Below are positions 34,856 through 44,762 of a DNA stretch of 64,000 bases, piece after piece. The stretch lies in the IMG/VR virus record IMGVR_UViG_3300042261_002385, positions 62,001 to 126,000 of that record, one strand, 5' to 3'. Each line of letters begins with the position of its first letter. The first letter of the stretch is position 1. Below the pieces are notes generated by a model. The model made no database searches and was not told the origin of the DNA. It saw nothing but the letters and a program-made list of their open reading frames with translations. Both the position numbers and the translations under genes were made by a program.

Positions 34856-35569
34856 TTATTTTGTTTCTAATTTTTTCAATATATCTTTGAGAGGCATTTG
34901 TAGTAATTCATCATAGTCACTTACTTCAATACTCATTTTACTTCCTAAACGAGCCGCCCATTCTATAATACTTAAATGATGTCGATTTCTATCAAAGATA
35001 GATTTTGAAAGATATAGAATTAAATCTTTATCTTTATTAACTGAATGGTCAATTTTTCTCAGTTTATCTGTCTTAATTATTTCAGGTTCTTTACCATCTA
35101 AAATAGAATTAAGTGACATTTCACGAGTTTCTTCTGGATTTAAACTTCTAAATGACCAAGAACTAAAATCAAGAGTTCTCTTAACTCCTTCGAACTTAAT
35201 TTTTTGTTCTTTTCTAATTCCTTTAGTTCCATTCCAAGATTTGATTTCAACTTCATTAACAATTAATTTTTCTATCTTATACTTGGCACCCTCTATCATG
35301 GTTTTATACCTACTTGTATTGCAAACTAAAATGTCACCAACTTTGAGTTCAGAAAAATCTAATCTAGAGATTTTATCAGAAGTTCCGATGATGTCAGTTT
35401 TAGGTAATGGATTTCCATTTGTATCTGTGAAATTGTCTACTTTATATCTACCAAAACCTGAGATATAAACATAATTTCTTCTTTGTCCGGGTGAATTATA
35501 AAGAGAGTGAACTTCATATCGACACCCTTTAATAATCTTTGTTGAGTTTTTTTTGGCTATTACTATCAT
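34856..35569 (-). CDS. Hypothetical protein
   Basis: ORF in operon. Confidence 0.65.
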   Translation of the reverse strand: MIVIAKKNSTKIIKGCRYEVHSLYNSPGQRRNYVYISGFGRYKVDNFTDTNGNPLPKTDIIGTSDKISRLDFSELKVGDILVCNTSRYKTMIEGAKYKIEKLIVNEVEIKSWNGTKGIRKEQKIKFEGVKRTLDFSSWSFRSLNPEETREMSLNSILDGKEPEIIKTDKLRKIDHSVNKDKDLILYLSKSIFDRNRHHLSIIEWAARLGSKMSIEVSDYDELLQMPLKDILKKLETK

Positions 35570-35964
35570 TAGTCTAAATTTACTTTTATATTTCCTTTTT
35601 GAGATATTTTTTCAAATGAACTTGGATGGCCTTTTATACCGTTTTGCATCCAGTCTTTGAATTCCATATTCTCTAAATAATCCTGTGCGGTTGGGATGAA
35701 TTTCATTCCAAAATCTTCAAGTAAGTGAGCCTCACAGATATCTTTGACAGAAACTTCTTTTCCTATTGAATTTTTGATAACATAACCAAAAATAGGAATC
35801 ATTACTTCATGTATCCAGAAAGAGTGGTGAGTGAGCGCTCGGTGTCTATTATCAGCAATATAGGCTTTTGAACAATCCATTTTTATGTGAATGTTTAAAT
35901 AATCTTCCGGTTCTCCTCCGAATTTCCTAGCTGATGATTTTGAGTGTATCCATGCATTTGCCAT
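35569..35964 (-). CDS. DUF6915-like protein
   Basis: HSKSSARKFGGEPEDYLNIH..D.SK...RHRALTHH...HLLEDFG..IPT. Confidence 0.65.
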   Translation of the reverse strand: MANAWIHSKSSARKFGGEPEDYLNIHIKMDCSKAYIADNRHRALTHHSFWIHEVMIPIFGYVIKNSIGKEVSVKDICEAHLLEDFGMKFIPTAQDYLENMEFKDWMQNGIKGHPSSFEKISQKGNIKVNLD

Positions 35965-35967
35965 ATT

Positions 35968-36405
35968 TTATATTTTAATTTTGTTAACTATTTCAACTAA
36001 ATCCTCTTTATTCAGTTTTGAAAAGATGGATTCTAAAATCATTTTATTTTCGTCTAAGTTGTTATAACTCATAAATTCAGATATGAAATTAAGGTAATCT
36101 TCCAATTCACCAATACCTATTCCAAGCATCTTTGAGTCTCTTTCCCAAGAAAGACCACCTGTGACTTGAAAGTCACCAAAGTCTTTAATTTTAGTTGTAA
36201 ACTCTTCAAATGGATTAAATGTTTTACCTTCTTTAAGATATGGTTCTACTAATTCTATTTCTTTTACTAATCCTATTTTATTGAACATTTCATCAGCAAT
36301 ATCTTTAGATTGCTTAAGTCCTAAACCGGTGCAGTCTTTTATCAACTTCACAACTTGAAGTTTACTATCACATTTAGATAGCAACTTTATTCTTAATCTT
36401 CTCAT
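35968..36405 (-). CDS. Protein with ribosomal L7/L12 C-terminal-domain-like N-terminus
   Basis: KLQVVKLIKDCTGLGLKQSKDIAD. Confidence 0.7.
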   Translation of the reverse strand: MRRLRIKLLSKCDSKLQVVKLIKDCTGLGLKQSKDIADEMFNKIGLVKEIELVEPYLKEGKTFNPFEEFTTKIKDFGDFQVTGGLSWERDSKMLGIGIGELEDYLNFISEFMSYNNLDENKMILESIFSKLNKEDLVEIVNKIKI

Positions 36406-37025
36406 AGAGCAAATTCCTTTTTAGACATATTATCTTTTAGATAATTATCAATTATCAACTGGTCTATTTGATTTACTTGTGTCAATGCATCTCCATAGAA
36501 AGAGTTATCAACATTATAGTTATGAATTACATACTTAGACATTTTATTTTTTTCTAATTCGTCCATTTCAGTTCTAGTTAGAGTATAAATAGAAGAAACT
36601 GATTTTTTTGTCAAAAATTTACACCTCTCAACTCTATCAACATAAGGAGCGAAAACAGAAATATTCTGGTCCATTTCTTTGTATAAACCAGACTCAAATA
36701 AAATTGATGAATGGAAAATACAATAAATGGCCTTTTTGTTTTTGGCAACAAATTTGTTCCAAGCTGATAGTAATTCTGGTTTGACTATATCTAAAATTTT
36801 CTGAAACTTACCGTCTGATTTGACTTTATCTTCATTGAGAAGACCATCTTTGAAATAAACCCGACCTACTTTGTCAGATATCTCGGCTTGTAATTCGTAA
36901 TTGTGTTGTAAAATAAATTTTAAAATTACATCAGCTTCAAATACTGGAATTCCAATTTGATTGAAGAGTGTAGCCACTCTGTTTTTTCCTGAATAACGAT
37001 TACCTGATAATCCTATTTTTAACAT
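36402..37025 (-). CDS. coaE: Dephospho-CoA kinase-like protein
   Basis: KIGLSGNRYSGK, GIPVFEAD, LFESG. Confidence 0.8.
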   Translation of the reverse strand: MLKIGLSGNRYSGKNRVATLFNQIGIPVFEADVILKFILQHNYELQAEISDKVGRVYFKDGLLNEDKVKSDGKFQKILDIVKPELLSAWNKFVAKNKKAIYCIFHSSILFESGLYKEMDQNISVFAPYVDRVERCKFLTKKSVSSIYTLTRTEMDELEKNKMSKYVIHNYNVDNSFYGDALTQVNQIDQLIIDNYLKDNMSKKEFAL

Positions 37026-37092
37026 ACTGAAAGTTTATTCTACAAATATATAACCTTTTTAAAACAAAACAAAATATTTGTCTATTAATTTA

Positions 37093-38076
37093 ATGAATTG
37101 GACTTTAGAAGAACTTGGTTTTATACTTTACAATAATCGTTCAGTAAATGGAGTTGTCAAAAATTTCATACCTAAACACATCAATCCATTTAAGTTGAAA
37201 AAAATTGAGAGTGTTCTAAAAACATCAAAGTCTAAATTTCAATCAGATGATAGAATGGTTGAAGTAAATATAAATGAAATAAATCAACTATCGGAAGATG
37301 TCACAGTCACACCAGAAGAATTAAAAAGTCTATCAGAAGATTTTTATCTAAAATGTGGTAAATTCTCCTATGATGAGTTTCACTTTTTATTTGATAGAGG
37401 AGTGTATGACCAAGTAATGTGGAAATGGAGACTCTTTGGTCTATCTCAAATTGAAAATAGAAGACATCTTGAAATAATTGGAACCACAGTTCACCCAACA
37501 ATGAGTGGATTCTTAGATGACGCAATTGAAAAAGGTGGTATTGTAATTCCACTTTATGACGAAGATGATAACTTAATCAATTGTGCTGTTAGAAAAATAT
37601 CATTGGAAAATGACGGAACAAAAACTCTTAAATATACATTGGCTTGTCCAGATGTTCCAGTATGGGGATTAGACCAGATAGAAGAAGGTGATGAGTTTTG
37701 GATTACAGAGGGTATTTTTGATACAATGGCTATTTATGAATTAGGAGAAAAGTCGGTTTCTTGTTCTTCTGCTATGTGGTCCTCAATTCAACTTTATCAG
37801 GTATTGGAAAAGAAACCAAAGATGATTAAATTCTTTTCAGATAATGATGAAGTAGGCCTTAGAACATCCGCAATTTTGAAAGAATTCTTTACTCAATATG
37901 ATATACCCTCTAAAATATACATCAGTGAAAATCACAAAGACGCATCAGAACTTTACTTCTTAAAGAAATTGAATTTATCAACTTTAAAGGAGATTGAAGT
38001 GACCGATGATATGATAAACCTAAACAAAGACAATTCATTTAATTTCATAGAGCATCTCAAGAATAGAAAATTCTAA
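37093..38076 (+). CDS. TOPRIM-domain DNA primase-like protein
   Basis: IVIPLYD, ITEGIFD, DNDEVG, KDASE. Confidence 0.75.
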   Translation: MNWTLEELGFILYNNRSVNGVVKNFIPKHINPFKLKKIESVLKTSKSKFQSDDRMVEVNINEINQLSEDVTVTPEELKSLSEDFYLKCGKFSYDEFHFLFDRGVYDQVMWKWRLFGLSQIENRRHLEIIGTTVHPTMSGFLDDAIEKGGIVIPLYDEDDNLINCAVRKISLENDGTKTLKYTLACPDVPVWGLDQIEEGDEFWITEGIFDTMAIYELGEKSVSCSSAMWSSIQLYQVLEKKPKMIKFFSDNDEVGLRTSAILKEFFTQYDIPSKIYISENHKDASELYFLKKLNLSTLKEIEVTDDMINLNKDNSFNFIEHLKNRKF

Positions 38077-38091
38077 TTAAATATATACTCT

Positions 38092-39066
38092 ATGAAATTA
38101 AGAAGATATGGTCAGTTTATAAATGAATCTGTTGAGATAACTGATGACCTAATCAATATACTTATAGAAAGAGGTGAATTCTGTGAAGAACTTATGGAAT
38201 TGGATTATTCTCGTTTTGATTTTACAGCTAGTTATTCTGATATGTGTAAAAAAGAGGGTAGAAATCCAAAAGCTGATTTTTTAAAAATTCAAAAATATTT
38301 TGATGAAAAAGGATTTACTTTAGAAAAGTTAAAATATCTTTTTTCAGAAGAAAGTGATATAAATTGTGGATATAACCTTTATGAACTTTATACCGGAGAT
38401 AGGTCTGTATTAAATAGAGAACCACTCAAAACAATATTGTCTAAATTACCTTCTTCACAACAAGGTGGAATAAAACAAGTTTTTTCAATTGGTGGTAGTT
38501 TAGACTCTCAAAATGCAGCAGTTGATGTTTATCTTTATTTTCTTTTCGAAGAATTAAGAGTTTTTGGACATGGACCAGTTTGGTTAGGTGGAGACGGTTG
38601 GGGAAATGTTGATTTAGAAGATGATGACGGAGGTGGTTACTCAGAAGCATTTATCAGATATAGATATGGATATCATCAAACAGAATACGGAAAACTTTGG
38701 ATGGAACAATGTGGAGTAGATGAAGAATGGTTTCAAGAAAGAGCTATGCAGGATTTACAGAATTATTTGACAGATGAATTCTCAAGTATTGTTAGTATAG
38801 TTGATATTTCAAAAGATATGTCAGGTTTATCTTTAAGTGATTACTCTATAATAGAAGAAGATAGAATTATCATTGATTTACCAAAATTAGTAGAAGATAT
38901 TAATAGTTGTCCAGTGAATAGATATTGGGGTGGTGAAAAAAAATATGTAGTAGATGAGGAAAATATTGCTGCTCGATTCACAAAAGAATTGGAAGGTTTC
39001 CATTTAGATATCGAACTAACAGATACAGATGACTTAATTATCTGGGGAAGATTTAAGGAGGATTAA
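38092..39066 (+). CDS. Hypothetical phage protein
   Basis: MKLRRYGQFINES N-terminus. Confidence 0.7.
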   Translation: MKLRRYGQFINESVEITDDLINILIERGEFCEELMELDYSRFDFTASYSDMCKKEGRNPKADFLKIQKYFDEKGFTLEKLKYLFSEESDINCGYNLYELYTGDRSVLNREPLKTILSKLPSSQQGGIKQVFSIGGSLDSQNAAVDVYLYFLFEELRVFGHGPVWLGGDGWGNVDLEDDDGGGYSEAFIRYRYGYHQTEYGKLWMEQCGVDEEWFQERAMQDLQNYLTDEFSSIVSIVDISKDMSGLSLSDYSIIEEDRIIIDLPKLVEDINSCPVNRYWGGEKKYVVDEENIAARFTKELEGFHLDIELTDTDDLIIWGRFKED

Positions 39067-40014
39067 TAAATTCTTAGCGATATCTACTATATTAGAATAT
39101 GACTCCCTGAGATGATTATGTTTAAAATTTATAACATCATCATACTTAATTATATTATTGAGTAATTCATCTTTACTGATCCAACATTCATCTTGTTTTT
39201 TTATGTTATCTTTATAGTATATCATTTGTAGATTACAAGGATGTGTAATTATTTCTATAGGTATATTTTGTAAAAATCCTTGTTTTATTGAAAATAAGTG
39301 GTCTATATGATAGCCTTTTTTAGACCTTTTTAAATTTTCAGGATTTATTAACTTATAATTATTCCTATAAATTGAGAGTGTTCTATTCATCACAACTTTT
39401 TTGTAGTCAATAAAGTTATCAATTACTTCATCATTTATTTGAGTTCCATTTTTTATTCTAGTCTTCCTAGTTTTATCTGGATTGTTGAAATTTTCATCAT
39501 TATATTTTTCTAACAGAACATCTTTTCTTTTCTCTTTATAAAAATCTGTCTGTGTAATATATTCAACTCCATACTTTTCTAAACAGGTTTTTTTTACTCT
39601 TTTTTGTAAATGACTTTTATACTCTTCAAAACCACCATATTTTTCTAAAATAGTTTTATTACGATTAGCTATGTGCTCATTATTACTGTTGCCATTTTTC
39701 CAAGATTTCAACCATTTTTCTTTAGCAATTATACAAGAGTTTTGGCAAGTAGAAGAGCAATATTTTTGATAACCATCTATCAATCTTTTATATTTAACTT
39801 CCTTTTGACAATTTAAACAAACCGGAATTTCAATACAGTTACTAATATAGTGATAAACCTTTCTTTTAAATTCTAAATTGGTCAATTTATTTACATCACA
39901 CCAATTTATTATTTTGTTCCACAACTCAAAGTTGTTCTTTGATAACCACTTTTCTGTGCACTTTTTACCCGATATATTATCAGTTATAAAATAGTTAAAT
40001 AAATCTTCTTTCAT
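39034..40014 (-). CDS. Putative homing endonuclease (zinc ribbon, EKYG repeats, HNH-like C-terminus)
   Basis: CLNC..YCS..C; LEKYG repeats; YHIDH...NLQ...N. Confidence 0.65.
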   Translation of the reverse strand: MKEDLFNYFITDNISGKKCTEKWLSKNNFELWNKIINWCDVNKLTNLEFKRKVYHYISNCIEIPVCLNCQKEVKYKRLIDGYQKYCSSTCQNSCIIAKEKWLKSWKNGNSNNEHIANRNKTILEKYGGFEEYKSHLQKRVKKTCLEKYGVEYITQTDFYKEKRKDVLLEKYNDENFNNPDKTRKTRIKNGTQINDEVIDNFIDYKKVVMNRTLSIYRNNYKLINPENLKRSKKGYHIDHLFSIKQGFLQNIPIEIITHPCNLQMIYYKDNIKKQDECWISKDELLNNIIKYDDVINFKHNHLRESYSNIVDIAKNLLILLKSSPDN

Positions 40015-40103
40015 ACTCTTATTTATTAAAATTATGTTCTAAAAAATGACAAATACCAAACATGGATTGTTTATTTTAATATATAGATAAAATAATATTC
40101 GAA

Positions 40104-41210
40104 ATGATAATTAATTTAAAATCAGACATAGGATTATCAGGTTTCTATGTAGTATATGAAGGATCAACTAACTTAGAAAAAAAAGGATGGTATGGGTTGA
40201 GTCACCTAATGGAACACCTTTTATGCAAGTCATTTGATCACTTACAAGAAGCTTTTGACCGCGACTCTATAGAGTGGAATGCTTACACAAGTTCTAATGA
40301 AATTGTATTCTACCTAACAGGATTAGAAGATAAAGTAAATAAATGGAAAGGCGAATTTATGGACCTTTTAGGTCAATTTAATGTCACCAAAGCAGAGTTT
40401 GAAAATGAAAGAAATATTGTGTTAGAAGAATATATGGATTCTTTTAATGAACAAACACAATGTCATATTCTAAACCTATCAAGAAAACTCTTTGGTGATT
40501 TTGATCCAATTGGTCTAAAAGAAGATTTAGAAAATCTTAAGTTTATGGATTGCCTCAACTACTTTGAATTACAATATGCAAAACCAACAAAAATTATTAA
40601 CGTTTCAAAAAAAGACTACAAAAACGCGACTTTAGATTTCGCAGAAAGAAGTATCATTAAATCTTTAGAATACGGAGACCATAAAGTTCCATTAGAGCTT
40701 AATAATGATTGGAAAGATAAAACCTCTGTTGCAATACTTTCTCCAGTAATCAGTGAAGACTTTGCTTATGTTCATTTCATAAACGCGATGTTATCACTTG
40801 GTCTTAAATCTCCGTTATATCAAGAAGTAAGAGAAAAAAGAGGACTAGTTTATTATGTTCATTGTTATCAAAGTAGAATGAATCAACAAGGTCTGAATTC
40901 GATTTCAACTCAAACTTCAAATAGAAACTTTAATGCTGTAGTAGATGCTATTGAAGGTGTAATTAAGAATCCAAAAAAATATCTTACTAAAGATAGATTT
41001 AACTTGGTTAAAGACTATTATGGTGTTAGAATGAAAAAGGATGAGATTCTAAGATATAAAAGTGTAAATCAGTGGATTAATCCAGAAGGATGGTCTGTTT
41101 ATGATATTTTAGATGAAATCAATCTCAAAAAAGTATTAGAGGTTTATGAAAAATACTATCAATTTGACAACTTCTATATCTCTAATGATAAAAAAGAATT
41201 TAAAAAATAA
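40104..41210 (+). CDS. M16 family zinc metallopeptidase
   Basis: HLMEH inverted zinc motif, NAYTS, ERNIVLEE, VREKRGLVY. Confidence 0.9.
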   Translation: MIINLKSDIGLSGFYVVYEGSTNLEKKGWYGLSHLMEHLLCKSFDHLQEAFDRDSIEWNAYTSSNEIVFYLTGLEDKVNKWKGEFMDLLGQFNVTKAEFENERNIVLEEYMDSFNEQTQCHILNLSRKLFGDFDPIGLKEDLENLKFMDCLNYFELQYAKPTKIINVSKKDYKNATLDFAERSIIKSLEYGDHKVPLELNNDWKDKTSVAILSPVISEDFAYVHFINAMLSLGLKSPLYQEVREKRGLVYYVHCYQSRMNQQGLNSISTQTSNRNFNAVVDAIEGVIKNPKKYLTKDRFNLVKDYYGVRMKKDEILRYKSVNQWINPEGWSVYDILDEINLKKVLEVYEKYYQFDNFYISNDKKEFKK

Positions 41211-41936
41211 ATGTTATTTCCATATTTAGGTGAAAAGTCTAAATTTGCTTCATTTATAACTCCAAATATTCCTGAAGATATTTCTCATTATGTAGAACCG
41301 TTCGGAGGAGCTTTTGGGGTTTTTTTTTCTTTAAACTTTTCTAAGTTTAAAGATGTTAATTTTGTGTATAATGATATCAATACTTTAAACTGGAATCTTT
41401 TTAAACAATTAAAGGAAAATGATGATTTTATCAAATATATCAAAGACATAAAAATTGATAGAGAATACTATAAAAAATCCTTAGAGTCAATTTTAAGTAA
41501 TCACGATGAACTAGAGCTGGCAAAAGATTGGTTGATTATACTTTGTAGTTCTTCGCCATATGAAATCGGTCAAGATTCTTGGAGAAACGATGTTGAGTTT
41601 GAAGTTTTCAAACTAAAATGGAGAGCTTATAAATATCACATTGATAAAATATCTGAGATTGAAAAATTAGACTATAAAGAATCCATACTTAAGTGGGATT
41701 CTAAAAGTACTTTCTTTTATTTAGACCCGCCTTACTTCGGCAAAGAGAGTTATTATTTCAATAGTGAATTTGATGAAGCGTCCCACTATGAATTAGCTAG
41801 TCTACTAAGTAATATCGAAGGTAGATTTTTATTAAGTTATTGGTATTTTGATGGAATTGAGGAATTATACTCTGATTGTAGATTCGAATTTAAGAAGACT
41901 ATAATGGGAACAGAGTATATTATTATGAATTACTAA
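41211..41936 (+). CDS. DNA adenine methyltransferase (Dam/D12 class)
   Basis: YVEPFGG, YNDIN, FYLDPPY. Confidence 0.88.
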   Translation: MLFPYLGEKSKFASFITPNIPEDISHYVEPFGGAFGVFFSLNFSKFKDVNFVYNDINTLNWNLFKQLKENDDFIKYIKDIKIDREYYKKSLESILSNHDELELAKDWLIILCSSSPYEIGQDSWRNDVEFEVFKLKWRAYKYHIDKISEIEKLDYKESILKWDSKSTFFYLDPPYFGKESYYFNSEFDEASHYELASLLSNIEGRFLLSYWYFDGIEELYSDCRFEFKKTIMGTEYIIMNY

Positions 41937-41959
41937 TTTAATATATAATATAAGAAAAA

Positions 41960-42550
41960 ATGTTATCTATGAAACATATCAAATTATTTGAAAACTTCAA
42001 CTACGAACTCATTAAAGAAGATATTTTAGAATTAAAACAAATGTCTAAACAAATGTATTCTTATTTTAAAGGTAAAGGATTTCCAGTTGAAATTGAAGAA
42101 AAGATATCTAGTGAAAAGTTAAAAGAACTTGCTGATAAAGGTATGGTCAATTCTGGATTTTCTATAGGACCTAATAAAAAGAATGCTTATCAATGGAAAG
42201 GTGGCAGTAGAGAAGAATCAACAATTAGAAAAGTTGCATCTGGCAAATGGGGAGATATACCTGTAAAGTTACATATAAATGAAAAAGAAGAGTATGTAAT
42301 GGTTGCTATTCCTGGAAATGAAGTTGATAGATTATTACAAAAAGACGGTAAAGGAATAAATCTCAATGGAAAAGGTTATACAGACATTCCTGAAATAGTA
42401 GAATATGTAAACAAAATAGGAGTAGAACTTCAAAATATGATAAAAGAAAAATATCCTGAAATGGTTTATAAATTTGAAACTCAACATGGTTATTGGTTTA
42501 TCATGTATTTTGGATATCAAACAACATCAAAAGGTGGATATAAAAACTAA
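41960..42550 (+). CDS. Hypothetical phage protein
   Basis: MKHIKLFENF motif; alternative start at 41969. Confidence 0.7.
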   Translation: MLSMKHIKLFENFNYELIKEDILELKQMSKQMYSYFKGKGFPVEIEEKISSEKLKELADKGMVNSGFSIGPNKKNAYQWKGGSREESTIRKVASGKWGDIPVKLHINEKEEYVMVAIPGNEVDRLLQKDGKGINLNGKGYTDIPEIVEYVNKIGVELQNMIKEKYPEMVYKFETQHGYWFIMYFGYQTTSKGGYKN

Positions 42551-42570
42551 TTCTTATACTCCACTATAAA

Positions 42571-43131
42571 TTAATAATTGTTTTTTACCCAATCAACTAG
42601 TTTAAGTAAGTTCTCGGTATTATGTGGATATTTGTCTAATAAAGATTCTAAAAATTTAATTCTACCCTTTTTATATTGCTCTTTAGGAAAAACCGAGAAT
42701 TCTTCTGATATTCCATTTTCCCACTCTAATAGATGGGCAAAATCTCTTTCAATAATACTCATATCAAATTTATTAAAAGATTCAGAAAGATTTGTTATTG
42801 AATTATGATATTTAGTATCCAAAATCATTTGTTTAACATCTAAAATATCAGAATCTGATTTATCAACTACACATTCCATTAAGAATTTAGCAGAATCTTC
42901 TTCATTTGTCGAACTTTTAGGGTCATAAACACAATCATGAAAAAGAGCAGTCAACATTAACTTTTCATATTCTTTTTCTGTGAACTTACTTTTGTTTTCA
43001 TTTATTTGTTCAATCAATTCATTTAAGTGATTTAAGTTGTGATAGTGTCTATGAGACTCATTCCACATTGAAAGAAGTGTATTAACATCACATCTAATAT
43101 TCCATTTATTAAGTAGTTCTTGTAAATTCAT
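42571..43131 (-). CDS. HD-superfamily metal-dependent phosphohydrolase
   Basis: RHYHNLNH, LFHDCVYD, NEEDSA. Confidence 0.8.
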   Translation of the reverse strand: MNLQELLNKWNIRCDVNTLLSMWNESHRHYHNLNHLNELIEQINENKSKFTEKEYEKLMLTALFHDCVYDPKSSTNEEDSAKFLMECVVDKSDSDILDVKQMILDTKYHNSITNLSESFNKFDMSIIERDFAHLLEWENGISEEFSVFPKEQYKKGRIKFLESLLDKYPHNTENLLKLVDWVKNNY

Positions 43132-43149
43132 ACAAATATTAATTTTTGA

Positions 43150-43338
43150 TTATATATTAAATAACCTCCTTATAGTTTCTTTTCTACTTTTAGATCTTTC
43201 AAAACTTTTATGAAGAGTCTTCCAAGCTTCTAAGGAAGCAGTTGACCAACTTGCACCACTTTGTCTTGATTTACCTAATATAATTTGTTTATTACCATTA
43301 AGTAGTTTTCCAAATATTTCTAAAGTCTCTTTATTCAT
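43150..43338 (-). CDS. Small hypothetical protein
   Basis: ORF in operon. Confidence 0.55.
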   Translation of the reverse strand: MNKETLEIFGKLLNGNKQIILGKSRQSGASWSTASLEAWKTLHKSFERSKSRKETIRRLFNI

Positions 43339-43931
43339 TTCTTTTTAAATACAAAGATATTATCAAGTTTGATTTTTTCTAACTCTACGAACTCTTCTAA
43401 AAGATTAAAATGACCTAAACCTTTATTAGCATGTTCTATTAGTATTGAGTTTGATTTTATATCAGATATAATTTTCTGATACATAGACTTCAATTGTTTC
43501 TGATTATTAAATGGAGAATAAGAATAAACTATATTATAATTAGAATAGTCTAAGTTCATAATATCATCTTGAATCAAATTTAAACCATCTTTCCACAGAT
43601 GTAGAAGCTCTTTATTAATGAAATCAATGTATACTTTTTGTTTTTCGATACCAGTAAATGAAAAAATCTTATCTAACTCTGTTGATTGTAGATATATTTC
43701 AAAAAGAGTATTTCCAAGTCCTATTCCACAATCACAGATATGATTGGATTCTTTTAGTAGATTTAATTCATCTAATTTTTTTAACAAAAAAATATTCTCA
43801 TTAATATCACTAAGAATATTATAATTCTCACCAGCATTAGTGAAGATATCGACGGTCAAGTCTGATTTAAAATTATGAGTGATTGTGTAATACTCAATCA
43901 AATCTGGATGTGGATCTAATTCTTCAATCAT
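43335..43931 (-). CDS. Class I SAM-dependent methyltransferase-like protein, paralog of 8827..9435
   Basis: NHICDCGIGLG, GIEKQKVYIDF and YNIVY shared with the paralog. Confidence 0.7.
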   Translation of the reverse strand: MIEELDPHPDLIEYYTITHNFKSDLTVDIFTNAGENYNILSDINENIFLLKKLDELNLLKESNHICDCGIGLGNTLFEIYLQSTELDKIFSFTGIEKQKVYIDFINKELLHLWKDGLNLIQDDIMNLDYSNYNIVYSYSPFNNQKQLKSMYQKIISDIKSNSILIEHANKGLGHFNLLEEFVELEKIKLDNIFVFKKK

Positions 43932-43955
43932 ATGAGTATTTTACTGTATTTATTA

Positions 43956-44672
43956 TTATTTGTTAATATTCATTAAATCATTCATAACTTTTTGCATACC
44001 AGTAGAAGCGACTTCTTGGATATGTGTTAAAAATGGTCTTCTTTGTTTATCTATATAAAAATCCATATCTGACGGATCAACTACATAGATAAGAGTATTT
44101 GATTTTGTTAAGAATGGTATTTGATTTGCAGGAGCCACTTGCATAGAAGTTCCTACAATAATGCAAACATCACACTCATAAGCCGCCTCTTCAGCTCTTT
44201 CGACAAATTTAGGATTTAAGTTCTCACCAAACCAAACAATGTGAGGTCTAAGTTGTGATCCTTTCTCACATTTATCACCAATATTACAATCTTCTGTCCA
44301 ATCATAAATTAATGTAGAGTCTAAGGTAGAACGAACTTTTGTTAATTCACCGTGTAAGTGAACAACATTTGTTGAACCAGCTCTTTCGTGTAAGTTATCA
44401 ACATTTTGAGTGACAACAGTAACATCGAAGTCTTTTTCTAAATCGGCAATTATTTGATGTGCTAAATTAGGTTCAACTGTTTTTAATTGAGAACGTCTCA
44501 TATTATAAAAGTCCAGAACTTTTTCTCTATTTCTACGCCAACCATCAGGAGTTGCAACATCTTCTACCTTATGATTATACCACAATCCATCATCTCCTGT
44601 TCTAAAAGTAGCTACACCACTTTCAGCAGAAACTCCAGCTCCTGTAAAAATCAATATTTTTTTCTTTTCCAT
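43956..44672 (-). CDS. cobB: NAD-dependent protein deacylase (sirtuin)
   Basis: GAGVSAESG..TFR, TQNVDNLHERAG, HLHG, RPHIVWFGE, VGTS. Confidence 0.95.
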   Translation of the reverse strand: MEKKKILIFTGAGVSAESGVATFRTGDDGLWYNHKVEDVATPDGWRRNREKVLDFYNMRRSQLKTVEPNLAHQIIADLEKDFDVTVVTQNVDNLHERAGSTNVVHLHGELTKVRSTLDSTLIYDWTEDCNIGDKCEKGSQLRPHIVWFGENLNPKFVERAEEAAYECDVCIIVGTSMQVAPANQIPFLTKSNTLIYVVDPSDMDFYIDKQRRPFLTHIQEVASTGMQKVMNDLMNINK

Positions 44673-44762
44673 ACTATTTTACAAATCTAATAAAATTAAG
44701 TTTTATAACCTATAGAAACTCTTTATAAATTTATATATAGTCTTAAAGTTAATTGATTTATT

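Noticed and set aside
43150-43338. Terminase large subunit (KSRQSG Walker-A-like)
   Set aside because: Only 62 aa with no other ATPase or nuclease motifs.
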